Position numbers and translations under genes: made by a program
Origin: an uncultured Halieaceae bacterium
Lineage (GTDB): Bacteria > Pseudomonadota > Gammaproteobacteria > Pseudomonadales > Halieaceae
Direction of reading: 5' to 3'
DNA: 48,833 nt
NCBI GenBank assembly: GCA_913048495.1
Contig: CAJWWA010000001.1
Span: forward strand, 1 to 48,833
The notes under the pieces: generated by a model
Databases searched by the model: none
Told to the model about the DNA's origin: nothing
Seen by the model: only the letters and a program-made list of their open reading frames with translations
Part shown: positions 28,056 through 38,856 of the stretch, piece by piece
How positions within the stretch are numbered: position 1 is the stretch's first letter
How the letters are laid out: every line of letters begins with the position of its first letter

Positions 28056-29713
28056 TTTTCGGCATCCTGGCGTTTTTTCAACCGGTAATCGAGCTGCGCC
28101 CTCGTCAGCCCCAGCAGCCGGGCCGCGCCGCTGACCTTGTTGCCCGAGCGCGCCAGGGCCGCGTCGATCAGCTGCTGCTCCACCGCATCGAGGGAGTGCC
28201 CGGCGTCGATGGCGCCGGTCACCAGCTCGGACAGGGATCGCTGCGCGGGCAAATCACCGTCGTCGTCCTGTTGACCGCGGAAAGCCGGGAAGAGGTGGGC
28301 CGCCTCGATCTGTCCGCCCGGGTTCGAGAGAATCACGCCGCGCTCGATCATGTTGGCCAGCTCGCGAATGTTTCCCGGCCAGTCGTACTCACGCAGCAGG
28401 GTCATGGCGCGGTCTGTCACCGACAGGCCGGTCTTGCCGTGCAGTGAGCCGTACTTGTCGAGGAAGTGGCTGATGAGATCGGGCAGGTCGTCGATGCGCT
28501 CGCGCAGCGGCGGTACCGTGGTGGAGTAGACGTTGAGACGGTAGAGCAGGTCCTGGCGGAAACGCCCCTCGCGCACCGCCTCGTCCAGGTCCTCGTTGGT
28601 GGCGGCGATGAGGCGGACATCCACCTGCCGCACCTCGGAGCCGCCCACCCGCTCCAGCTCGCCTTCCTGCAGTACTCTCAGCAGGGCGGCCTGTGCATGC
28701 AGCGACAGCTCACCGACCTCATCGAGGAACAGCGTGCCCGTGTCCGCGCGTTCAAAGCGGCCCGGCCGGGTCTTCTCGGCCCCGGTAAAGGCACCGCGCT
28801 CGACGCCGAAAAGCTCGGCCTCGATCAGGTCCCGCGGAATGGCGGCGCAGTTGATGGCGATGAACGGCTTGTCGGCGCGGTCGCTGGCCTCGTGCAGGGC
28901 CCGGGCGAACATGTCCTTGCCCACCCCGGTCTCGCCGAGGAGCAGCACGGTGACCTTGCTCCGTGCCGCCCGCGACAGCAGGTCGCGGACCTCGAGGAAA
29001 CGCGGCGAGGAGCCCACGAGCTGGCCGAAATGCTCCTCGGCATCGACGCGGGAACGCAGCTCGGCCATCTGCTCCTGCAGTTCGAACAGCTGGTCGGCGA
29101 TGCGGTCCGGCTGGTAGTGCCGGAAGGCGTCCTCGGCGTCCTCCCAGTCCTCGGCCAGGCGCCCCTCGATACGGCAGGTCTGGTGGCCGCAGGCGGTGCA
29201 GCAGGTTTCCTTGAAGTAGATCTGCCGCCCCATGAACTGGGTGGTAAAGCCACTGGCGTAACCGATCTGCGCCCAGCAGACGGGCTCAAAGCCCGATCCG
29301 AACTCACTCAGGAAGATTTCCGCCTCGAAGGAGTTCTCCCAGTCGAAGATGGCGTGGAAGTAGTTCTCTTCCTCGTTCCAGTCCAGCTTCTGGGGGATCA
29401 CCTTCACCTGGCCGGTGACCATGTGCGACTGCGGCCCGACGGAGAAGACATCGAACAGCGACGCATCCGGGCGCAGTCGACGGGCGCGCTCGGCGTCCAT
29501 CTTCCCGGAAATGTAGCCCATGCGCGTGAGCAGGCCCTTGGCGCGCTGCATGCCCAGGGCATCGATCAGTTCCCGGCGAAGTCCCCGAAGCTCACTCGAG
29601 CGGAGCAGGACGACACGCTCTTCGTCCAGCCAGATGCGCCCCTCCTGCGCCTCGAAGCGCAGCAGGTTCCAGAGATCCTGCATCCCGGGCAGCCGGGGGC
29701 CGTCGTCGTTCAC
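28049..29713 (-). CDS. dmpR: Sigma54-dependent phenol-responsive activator (DmpR/XylR/MopR family)
   Basis: XylR_N plus V4R (GRIWLDEER, PVCW...CCTACGHQTC), GETGVGKD, GAFTGA, LFLDEVG, WPGNIREL, C-terminal HTH. Confidence 0.92.
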   Translation of the reverse strand: MNDDGPRLPGMQDLWNLLRFEAQEGRIWLDEERVVLLRSSELRGLRRELIDALGMQRAKGLLTRMGYISGKMDAERARRLRPDASLFDVFSVGPQSHMVTGQVKVIPQKLDWNEEENYFHAIFDWENSFEAEIFLSEFGSGFEPVCWAQIGYASGFTTQFMGRQIYFKETCCTACGHQTCRIEGRLAEDWEDAEDAFRHYQPDRIADQLFELQEQMAELRSRVDAEEHFGQLVGSSPRFLEVRDLLSRAARSKVTVLLLGETGVGKDMFARALHEASDRADKPFIAINCAAIPRDLIEAELFGVERGAFTGAEKTRPGRFERADTGTLFLDEVGELSLHAQAALLRVLQEGELERVGGSEVRQVDVRLIAATNEDLDEAVREGRFRQDLLYRLNVYSTTVPPLRERIDDLPDLISHFLDKYGSLHGKTGLSVTDRAMTLLREYDWPGNIRELANMIERGVILSNPGGQIEAAHLFPAFRGQQDDDGDLPAQRSLSELVTGAIDAGHSLDAVEQQLIDAALARSGNKVSGAARLLGLTRAQLDYRLKKRQDAENS

Positions 29714-29880
29714 GGGCGCGAGCTCATCAGCGGGAGCCTCTCGTTATCCTGCAGCACACTGCGGGTAGCTGATAGGACCACAGCGCCCGGGGCGGTTCAA
29801 GCCGCCGGGAGTCCTGCTTAGGTTCCCGGAACAGACCGTGGTACAACATGGGCTGCCCGAAAGACCCGAGGAACGAGGCC

Positions 29881-30720
29881 ATGAGCGCGGACAACCCTGA
29901 GATCGGCCATCAGCTGCGGATAGGCGACGTCGAGACCAACTTTCACGACCGCGGCACGGGGGCTCCCGTGCTCCTGCTGCACGGCTCCGGGCCCGGCGTC
30001 TCTGCCTGGGCCAACTGGCGGCTGGTCATCGAGGGGCTGGCGCCGCACTTTCGCCTGCTGGCGCCGGACCTCGCCGGCTTCGGCTACAGCGCCGTCCCGG
30101 CGGATTACCCGTTCAGCCGCGAGGCGTGGCTGGCGCAGCTGGTCGGCTTTCTCGATGCCCTCGGGCTGGACCGGGTCGACGTGGTCGGCAATTCCTTCGG
30201 CGGGTCCATGGCCCTGGCGATGGCCATCGAACACCCCGAGCGCGTACGCCGGCTCGTCCTCATGGGCAGCGTGGGCGTACCCTTCGAGCTGACCCCCGGG
30301 CTCGACGCGGTCTGGGGCTACACCCCCTCCCTCGACGGCATGCGCGAGCTCATGGGTATCTTCGCCTACGACCAGTCGCGCATCACGGAAGAACTGGTCG
30401 CGCTCCGCCACGCGGCGAGTACACGGCCCGGCATTCACGAGGCCTATGCGCGCATGTTCCCGGCGCCGCGACAGCGCTGGGTCGACGCCATGGCGCACGA
30501 AGAGACGGCGGTGCGGGGCATCCGGCAGCCGACGCTTCTCATCCACGGGCGTGACGACCGCGTCATTCCGCTCGAGACCTCGTTGACGATGCTCCACTGG
30601 ATAGACAACGCGCAGCTGCACGTCTTCGGCCGCTGCGGTCACTGGACGCAGATCGAGCACGCTGCGGCGTTCCAGCGTCTGCTCAGGGACTTCCTGGTCT
30701 CTGGCGATGCTGCGGGCTGA
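29881..30720 (+). CDS. dmpD: 2-hydroxymuconic semialdehyde hydrolase
   Basis: NPEIG, HGSGPGVSAWANW, GNSFGG, HGRDDRVIP, CGHWTQIEH; GAGG RBS before ATG 29881. Confidence 0.92.
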   Translation: MSADNPEIGHQLRIGDVETNFHDRGTGAPVLLLHGSGPGVSAWANWRLVIEGLAPHFRLLAPDLAGFGYSAVPADYPFSREAWLAQLVGFLDALGLDRVDVVGNSFGGSMALAMAIEHPERVRRLVLMGSVGVPFELTPGLDAVWGYTPSLDGMRELMGIFAYDQSRITEELVALRHAASTRPGIHEAYARMFPAPRQRWVDAMAHEETAVRGIRQPTLLIHGRDDRVIPLETSLTMLHWIDNAQLHVFGRCGHWTQIEHAAAFQRLLRDFLVSGDAAG

Positions 30721-30733
30721 AGCTGCCGGGCGC

Positions 30734-30752
30734 TCGGTGACTTTGTCACCGA
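30734..30752. promoter_or_regulatory. Palindromic candidate operator for the adjacent Crp/Fnr protein
   Basis: TCGGTGAC-TTT-GTCACCGA perfect inverted repeat, about 60 nt upstream of the DUF2892 gene. Confidence 0.5.
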
Positions 30753-30813
30753 CGACCGGCACCGTCTTGCGCGATGCTTCCTTTCCATCGGCATCTACCG
30801 AAAGGAGTACAGC

Positions 30814-31011
30814 ATGCAACGCAATGAAGGCACCCTCGACCGCGCCGTGCGGATTATCGCCGGCCTCGGCATTCTCTCGCTTGTTTTCGTCGGCCCGCAG
30901 ACCCCCTGGGGCTGGCTCGGCCTGGTGCCGCTGGTTACCGGCCTGGTGGGTATCTGCCCGGCCTACGGCCTGCTGGGCATCCGCACCTGCCCGGCACCGC
31001 GGCAGCAGTAA
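30814..31011 (+). CDS. DUF2892 (YgaP-like) small membrane protein
   Basis: AAGGAG RBS; NEGTLDRAVR...GLVPLVTGLVGICPAYGLLGIRTC. Confidence 0.88.
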   Translation: MQRNEGTLDRAVRIIAGLGILSLVFVGPQTPWGWLGLVPLVTGLVGICPAYGLLGIRTCPAPRQQ

Positions 31012-31029
31012 GCCCGGCAGGGGGCGGCC

Positions 31030-31620
31030 GTGACCGGCGCGCCCCGGCCTATCCCCGCCGGCACGGTACTGTTCCGGGCCGGTGATCCGTGCCGCGGCTT
31101 CGTGCTGCTGCACGAGGGGTCCCTGCGCGTCACGCTCACCGCCGCCAACGGCCGCGAGGTTGTCCTTTACCGGGTAGCGCCCGGGGAAGTCTGCCTGCAG
31201 ACCTTCAGCTGCCTGGTCGAAGGCCGCGATTACTCGGCGCGCGGCATCGCCGAAACGGACCTGCTCGCCGAGATCGTTCCGAGCGCCGACTTCCAGCGCG
31301 CCATGGCGACCGACGCGGCCTTCCGCGCGCGTGTGTTCGGCGCCGTCGCGCAGCGCTTTGCGGACTTCGAGCGACTGGTCGAGGATGTCGCGCTGACCGG
31401 CTTCCCGGCGCGCCTCGCCCGGGCGCTCCTGCGCCTGGCAGGCGAAGGCGGCACGGTACAGGCCACCCACGAACAGCTCGCCGCCGAAACCGGCTCCGGC
31501 AGAGCTGTGGTCAGCCGTCAGCTCGGACGCTTCGCGGAGGAGGGACTGGTAGAGCTGCAGCGCGGCGCACTCCGGCTCATCGAGCCCAAAGCCCTCACCC
31601 GCCTCGCCCGCGACGACTGA
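31030..31620 (+). CDS. Crp/Fnr-family transcriptional regulator
   Basis: LFRAGDPC, GREVVLYRVAPGEVC, RLA..LL, THEQLAAETGSGRAVVSRQL HTH. Confidence 0.88.
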   Translation: MTGAPRPIPAGTVLFRAGDPCRGFVLLHEGSLRVTLTAANGREVVLYRVAPGEVCLQTFSCLVEGRDYSARGIAETDLLAEIVPSADFQRAMATDAAFRARVFGAVAQRFADFERLVEDVALTGFPARLARALLRLAGEGGTVQATHEQLAAETGSGRAVVSRQLGRFAEEGLVELQRGALRLIEPKALTRLARDD

Positions 31621-31628
31621 CGCGCCGC

Positions 31629-32318
31629 TCAGGCATATTTCACGCTCATGTCGTGCAGTGCCTCGCCCGCGTGGGCAAGGCGGTCTGCCGCGTTGGACAG
31701 GTGCCGGTAGACCTCGCGACGCTTCATGCGGTCGAGCATGAACGCCACGCAGGCCGCCGTACTTTCTTCGCCCTCACCGGGCCGGTAGGCATCTTCGGCG
31801 AACAGTTCCGCCAGGGCCTGGCGGTAGAGCTCCTCGACTTCGCGCTCGGCCTGGCGGGCGCGCGCCGCATGGGGCTCGCTGTCCTCCGGTCGTTCCCGGA
31901 AGCAGGCGAGACCGGCAGTGAGCGCGCTGGTGCCCTCCCGCAGCCGCTCCACCATCGCCGTCATCCATTGGTCCGCGGCCAGTTCCAGCAGCTCGATTTC
32001 CCGGACCGAGGTCGTGGCGTAATCGAAGATATGATCGACCCGGGTGATAAGGACATAGATGTCCTCCCGGTCGATCCGGGTAATGAATGACCGGTGCAGC
32101 AGGTCCAGGTGCGCCTGCGCCTGCGCGTGGGCCTGGTCGACGCAGGCGCGCACCTCTGTCGCCCGGTCCTGTTCCTCCCGGGCGAGGAAAGCTGCGAGCT
32201 CGTCCAGCGTCTCTTCGAGCAGAGAGGCCTGGGCAGCCACCAGGCCGGTGAAGTCGGGCACCCGGGGAAAGACCCGATGCCAGAGACGCCGCAGCAGCCC
32301 CTCCTCAGACCCGTTCAT
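31629..32318 (-). CDS. DUF47 / PhoU-like phosphate transport regulator
   Basis: Start reassigned to MNGSEE (ATGA overlap with PiT); LHRSFITRIDREDIY, KRREVYRHLSNAADR. Confidence 0.85.
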   Translation of the reverse strand: MNGSEEGLLRRLWHRVFPRVPDFTGLVAAQASLLEETLDELAAFLAREEQDRATEVRACVDQAHAQAQAHLDLLHRSFITRIDREDIYVLITRVDHIFDYATTSVREIELLELAADQWMTAMVERLREGTSALTAGLACFRERPEDSEPHAARARQAEREVEELYRQALAELFAEDAYRPGEGEESTAACVAFMLDRMKRREVYRHLSNAADRLAHAGEALHDMSVKYA

Positions 32319-33349
32319 AGCAGAACCTCCAGCAGGTAACAGGTCAACGCGCCAAGCAATCCCGCCACCGGCAGCGTGACCAGCCAGGTGAAAAGCACTT
32401 CGCCGGCCTTGCCCCAGCGCACGGCCCGCGGCCGGTCCGCCGCGCCGACACCCATCACGGCGGAACTGACCACGTGGGTGGTGGATACGGGCCCGCCGAA
32501 CCAGGCGGCGCCGCCGATGACAGCGGCCGCCGCCAACTGGCTGCCCAGCCCGTGCAGGGGGCGCAGCTTGTAGATCCCGAAACCCACGGTCCGTACGATG
32601 CGCCAGCCGCCGGCCATGGTGCCAAGGGTGATGGCCGAGGCGCAGAGCAACATCACCCAGTACGGTACCTGGAAGGCGGGCAGGAAACCGCCGAGCACGA
32701 GGACAAGGGTAATGATACCCATGCTTTTCTGGCCATCGTTGGTACCGTGGGAAAAGGCCAGCCAGGCCGCGCCCAGCCACTGCATGCGGCGAAGGGGACG
32801 ATTCACCGAAGGCGAAGCCCTGCGCAGGCAGAGACTGAGCAGCTTATACAGCAGATAGCCGGCGAGCAGGCCCGCCAGCGGGGAAAGCAGCAGTGCCGCG
32901 ATGATCTTGGCAACACCGGTCCATTCCCCCTCGTCGAGGAGCGCCCCCCAGCCCCAGTGCACATGGTCGGGTCCGGTGGCGGCCAGTACGGCGCCAACCA
33001 GGCCACCCACCAGCGCGTGCGAGGACGATGAGGGCAGGCCGCGCCACCAGGTCAGGAGATTCCAGCCGATGGCGCCGATGACACCCGCCAGCACGATACT
33101 GATACCCAGCCGCGGTGCCTGGTCATCAAGGCTGACGAACTGTCCCAGGGTTTCCGCCACCGCGGTGCCGCCGAGGAGCGGGCCGAGGAAGGTGAACAGC
33201 GCAACCAGGCTGATAGCCTGGGCCGGCGTCATCGCCTGCGTGGCCACCGACGCTGCCACCATGTTGGCGGTATCGTGGAAGCCATTGGTGTAGTCGAACA
33301 CCACCAGCAGGGCGACACAGCAAACGGTCAGTAGGACGATCGGGTCCAC
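32315..33349 (-). CDS. PiT-family inorganic phosphate transporter
   Basis: NGFHDTAN, PSSSSHALVGG, HGTNDGQKSMG, PVSTTH. Confidence 0.93.
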   Translation of the reverse strand: MDPIVLLTVCCVALLVVFDYTNGFHDTANMVAASVATQAMTPAQAISLVALFTFLGPLLGGTAVAETLGQFVSLDDQAPRLGISIVLAGVIGAIGWNLLTWWRGLPSSSSHALVGGLVGAVLAATGPDHVHWGWGALLDEGEWTGVAKIIAALLLSPLAGLLAGYLLYKLLSLCLRRASPSVNRPLRRMQWLGAAWLAFSHGTNDGQKSMGIITLVLVLGGFLPAFQVPYWVMLLCASAITLGTMAGGWRIVRTVGFGIYKLRPLHGLGSQLAAAAVIGGAAWFGGPVSTTHVVSSAVMGVGAADRPRAVRWGKAGEVLFTWLVTLPVAGLLGALTCYLLEVLL

Positions 33350-33372
33350 GGCGCGGTTCGGGGGCTACGCGG

Positions 33373-34767
<1,395 letters not shown>

Positions 34768-34804
34768 CGACTCTCCTCGCCGTGCAGAACCTGCAAACTC
34801 GCCA

Positions 34805-37477
34805 TCATGCACCCCTCGTGACAGAACCCGCTTCCGTATTCATGGAGCCCGCAGGCGGCGCCGCAGCAGGTGGGGCGCCGTCGCCGGCCTGGCGCAGGAG
34901 CCGGTTGGCGAACACCTTGACCACGTCGTTCACCAGGAACCAGGCCAGCGCATAAGCCCAGATCAGCAGGGCATTGGCCCAGCCAACCGGCGCCATGAAC
35001 CAGCCTTCCGCCGCGAAGCAGGTGCCGGCAATCTCGGTGGCAAACGTACACCAGAACAGGAGCGGCGCCGGCCAGGGCTTCTGCCAGAACCAGCCGCGCG
35101 CCCGGGTGATGTACAGCGTACTGTGTCCGGCCACGATGAGCTTGAGAAACAGGAAGGTGCGGATCTCCTCCTCGGGCACCTGCCATTCTTTCAGCAGATA
35201 GAACAGCAGGAACGACGAGACCAGGCCCATGACACCGAGGACCACGGCGAGGCTGGTCAACTCGAACATGTTCCAGCGCAGGGGCCGCCGCTCCACCCGC
35301 GTGTGATCGTAGGCGATCGCGAGAATGGGGATATCGTTGAGCAGCGCCAGCAGGATGATCATGAGCGCGGTAATCGGGTAGAAATCGAAGATCACGATGG
35401 ACAGCGTCATGAACAGGATGATGCGGACCGTCTCTGCTATGCGGAAGATCGCGTAGCTCTGCATGCGCTCGAAGGTTACCCGCGCCTGTTCCAGGGCGTC
35501 GTTGATGACCGACAACCCCGGCGCCGTCAGGATGATGTCGGCGGCAGCGCGGGCCGCGTCGGTCGCGCTGTCTACGGCGAAGCCGCAGTCCGCCTTGCGC
35601 AGCGCCGGGGCATCGTTGACGCCGTCACCGGTCATGCCGACGATGTGTCCTCCCTTCTGCAGCGTGTCGACGATGCGGTACTTGTCCTCCGGGACCACCT
35701 CCGCAAAGATGTCCACGGACTCGATCATCTCGATGATCGCCGACTCGTGGGTGTGGATGAACTCCCTTTCCAGCAACCGAGTATCGTAGAGGTCCTGCAC
35801 GCTGGCCATGACCCGGGTCGCGAAGCGCTCGGCCTCACGCAGCGACACATCACCCTTGAGCTCCCGGTAGATTGCTCCCGTCAGCGCCTCGACGAGCGCG
35901 AGCAGCGCCTGGCTGCCCGAGCCCTTGAGCTGCTTGGCTTCGATCGCCTCCTGTTCGAGATCGAGGAGACGGCCGATCTCGCGGGCGATGGCAACGTGGT
36001 CGCCGGTGATCATCTTCACGCGCACACCGTACTCGCGCATCCGCTGCACGACCTCCGCGGAATCCTCGCGCGGCGGGTCATACAACGGGATCAGCCCGAG
36101 CAGCTGCGGTGCACCGTCTCCCTCGCCGCGCGCCACCGCCAGCGTGCGGTAGCCACGGCTGGCAAAATCATCTACCGCTCTCTCGACGGCGAGTGCCTGC
36201 TCATCGTCAATCTCGACCAGTTCCAGCAGCACCTGGGCCGCGCCCTTGATGGCCCTGAACGATCCGTCGGCGCCCTCCAGCGCTGCCTCGGTGCGCTTGC
36301 GCACCGGGTCGAAGGGCACGAAACGGGTCTGCCGGTAGCGCGCGAGGTCCGCCTCGGCGAAGGCCGTCTCCAGGTGCTCGAACAGGGGCTGCTCCATGGG
36401 GTCGGCGTTCTCTCGACGGGAAGCAAGACAGGCCACCTCGAACAGGTCCCTGGCGCTCACGCCGGGCAGCAGGAACGGCTCGGCTACCTGCATCCGGTTC
36501 TGCGTCAGCGTCCCGGTCTTGTCGGAACAGAACACGTCGACCCCTGCCAGTTCCTCGATGGCGGAAAGGCGCGAGACGATGGCGCGGCGGCGGGCGAGGT
36601 TGACGGCGCCGACCGCCATGGTCACGGACATCACCGCCGGCAACGCTACCGGGATAGCCGCGACCGCCAGCACGAGGGAAAAGCGGACAATCTCCAGCGG
36701 GCTCTCGCCGCGGAACAGCGCAACGAAGACGATGAGCGCAACCATTGCCAGCGTCACCAGGATCAGGAAGTTACCGATCTGCATGACCATGCGCTGGAAG
36801 TGACTGCGCTCTTCCAGCCCCGCGCGGGCAACCAGGGAGACGACCCGCGCAAAGGCGGTGCGCAGGCCCGTGTTGACTACGACCGCCATCATCTCGCCCT
36901 GCTTGATGGCCGTGTTCGCGTAGGCAATGTCGCCGGTCTCGCGGGAGACGGGCAGCGATTCTCCGGTCAGCGAGGCCTGATCGATGGACAGGTAGTCACC
37001 GTCGAAAAGCTTGACGTCGGCCGGCACGACGTTGCCGATACGCAGGCGGACGATATCGCCGGGCACGAGTTCGCGCGCGGGCAGTGTCTTGAAGGCGCCG
37101 TCACGCAGTACGATGCAGCTGTTGCTGAGCCCTTTCCGCAGTGTGGCAAGGGCATTCAGCGCCCGGTGCTCCTGGAAAAAGTCGAGACCGGCGTTGACCA
37201 GAAGCATCACCAGGATGATGGCGAAGTCTTCCCACTTCTGCACGATGGCCGAGAGCAGGGCGGCCACCTCGATCATCCAGGGTATCGGGCCCCAGAAGCG
37301 GCGCAGCACCCGGTGCCACAGGGGCTCCTCCCTGACGGCAATCTCGTTCGGCCCCAGGGCCTCCAGCCGGGAGGCAGCTTCTGTCCCGCCCAGGCCCTGC
37401 TTCGGGTCCGTGCCCAGCGCAGCGAGCACCTCCGCGACCGGCTGGTCGCGGAAGTCGTCGCTTGCTTTCATCTCCAT
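34805..37477 (-). CDS. Plasma-membrane-type proton-efflux P-type ATPase (P3A)
   Basis: FWGPIPWMIE, LTGESLP, AIPVALP, SDKTGTLT, PFDPV.KRT, TGDGVNDAP; TM5 FRIAET and TM6 LLND. Confidence 0.9.
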   Translation of the reverse strand: MEMKASDDFRDQPVAEVLAALGTDPKQGLGGTEAASRLEALGPNEIAVREEPLWHRVLRRFWGPIPWMIEVAALLSAIVQKWEDFAIILVMLLVNAGLDFFQEHRALNALATLRKGLSNSCIVLRDGAFKTLPARELVPGDIVRLRIGNVVPADVKLFDGDYLSIDQASLTGESLPVSRETGDIAYANTAIKQGEMMAVVVNTGLRTAFARVVSLVARAGLEERSHFQRMVMQIGNFLILVTLAMVALIVFVALFRGESPLEIVRFSLVLAVAAIPVALPAVMSVTMAVGAVNLARRRAIVSRLSAIEELAGVDVFCSDKTGTLTQNRMQVAEPFLLPGVSARDLFEVACLASRRENADPMEQPLFEHLETAFAEADLARYRQTRFVPFDPVRKRTEAALEGADGSFRAIKGAAQVLLELVEIDDEQALAVERAVDDFASRGYRTLAVARGEGDGAPQLLGLIPLYDPPREDSAEVVQRMREYGVRVKMITGDHVAIAREIGRLLDLEQEAIEAKQLKGSGSQALLALVEALTGAIYRELKGDVSLREAERFATRVMASVQDLYDTRLLEREFIHTHESAIIEMIESVDIFAEVVPEDKYRIVDTLQKGGHIVGMTGDGVNDAPALRKADCGFAVDSATDAARAAADIILTAPGLSVINDALEQARVTFERMQSYAIFRIAETVRIILFMTLSIVIFDFYPITALMIILLALLNDIPILAIAYDHTRVERRPLRWNMFELTSLAVVLGVMGLVSSFLLFYLLKEWQVPEEEIRTFLFLKLIVAGHSTLYITRARGWFWQKPWPAPLLFWCTFATEIAGTCFAAEGWFMAPVGWANALLIWAYALAWFLVNDVVKVFANRLLRQAGDGAPPAAAPPAGSMNTEAGSVTRGA

Positions 37478-37495
37478 GCCGCTCCACCCCCCGCC

Positions 37496-38854
37496 TCAGG
37501 GCGCCCGCTGGAAATCGTAGAGAGCCCCCGTGCCGAGCAGCGCCGTCAGGTCATCGAGCGCTGCGTAGGTCTCGTCGAGCAGCGCGGGGTCGGCGAGGTC
37601 GGCCGGGGTCAGCGTCTCGCGGTAGTGCCGGTCCACCCAGGTGCAGAGGGCATCGTAGCGCGCGTCGTCGAGGAGGAAGGCCGGATTCACCGCGGCGCGC
37701 TCCGCGGGAGTCAGCACCACCCGCAAACGCAGGCAGGCGGGGCCGCCGCCGTTGTCCATGCTCTGGCGCACGTCCACGAACTCGAGGTGCGCGATGGGAT
37801 TGTCGCCGTCGCGCACCGCCTCGAGCGCCGCCAGTACCCGCGGGTTCTCGCGGCTCTCCTCGGGGAGCACAAGGGTCATGCCCTCGCGGCCCGGGATATC
37901 GACCAGCTGCGAGTTGAACAGGTAGCTGCCCACCGCATCCTCGAGGGACACCTGCGCCGCCGGCACCGTGACCACCTCGAAGGCGGGCACCACGGCGCGC
38001 AGAGCCTCAGCGACCGCCGCGGGGTCCGCGAGCGCCTGCTCGTGGCTGAACAGCACGTGCCGGTTGGCGACGGAGACCACGTCGTTGTGGAAGGCGCCGG
38101 CGTCGATGGCCACCGGGTTCTGCCGGGCGTAGACCACCCGCGCCGGGTCCAGGCCGTGGGCGCGCGCGACCGCGGCCGAGGCCTCCAGGGCCTGCCGCGC
38201 GGGGTGCCGCGTTGGCCCCGCCTCGTCGCCGCCGGCGCGGCCGTAGACGAACAGCGCCGCGCCGGCCTCGCCGTGGGCGCTGCACAGGCGGTCGTAGTTG
38301 GCGGCGCCCTCGTCGCCGAAGCGGTTGCCCGCCGGCACCGGCGGGTGGTGCGCGAAATGCGCGTCATCGGCAAAGATCGTCCGCAGGGCCCGCCCGGTGA
38401 ACGCCGGCTCGATGGCGCGGTGCGCCATGCTGGCCAGGTTCGCCGGCGTGAAGTGGACGCGGCCGTCGGCGCTGTCGGCGCTGGGCGACACGGTGGCGGC
38501 GTTCGCGGCCCACATGGGCGACGCGGAGCAGGCGATGGCGAGGAGGGCCGGGGCGTCTTTCGCCGCCCGGGCGAGCACGTCCGCCGCTTTGCCGGTGAAG
38601 CCGAAGGCGTGCAGCGTCGGCAGGTGCGGCCGCTCGTGCGGCGGCAGGAAGCCCTGCACCAGGCCCAGGTCGTGCAGCCGCTTCATCTTGGCCAGCCCCT
38701 GCCGCGCCGCGGCCCGGGGGTGCGAGGGCTTCTGCGCGTGCCTCGCTGAGGCGAGGTTGCCCGGGGAGAGCCCGGCGTAGTTGTGGGTGTTGCCGACGAT
38801 GCCGTCGAAGTTGGCTTCCACCGCCAGGCCGGTGCCGTCCTGTTGCTGTGCCAT
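37496..38854 (-). CDS. astB: N-succinylarginine dihydrolase
   Basis: [57 protein letters not shown]. Confidence 0.95.
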   Translation of the reverse strand: MAQQQDGTGLAVEANFDGIVGNTHNYAGLSPGNLASARHAQKPSHPRAAARQGLAKMKRLHDLGLVQGFLPPHERPHLPTLHAFGFTGKAADVLARAAKDAPALLAIACSASPMWAANAATVSPSADSADGRVHFTPANLASMAHRAIEPAFTGRALRTIFADDAHFAHHPPVPAGNRFGDEGAANYDRLCSAHGEAGAALFVYGRAGGDEAGPTRHPARQALEASAAVARAHGLDPARVVYARQNPVAIDAGAFHNDVVSVANRHVLFSHEQALADPAAVAEALRAVVPAFEVVTVPAAQVSLEDAVGSYLFNSQLVDIPGREGMTLVLPEESRENPRVLAALEAVRDGDNPIAHLEFVDVRQSMDNGGGPACLRLRVVLTPAERAAVNPAFLLDDARYDALCTWVDRHYRETLTPADLADPALLDETYAALDDLTALLGTGALYDFQRAP

Positions 38855-38856
38855 GC

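Noticed and set aside
30757-30770. CGGCACCGTCTTGC as a sigma54 promoter for DUF2892
   Set aside because: GG to GC spacing is 9 nt rather than the required 10.
35123-38749. 1208-aa + strand ORF (also 10184-12385, 2404-4260, 40284-42062 and similar)
   Set aside because: Antisense shadows of well-supported genes; expected in high-GC DNA and lacking recognisable motifs.
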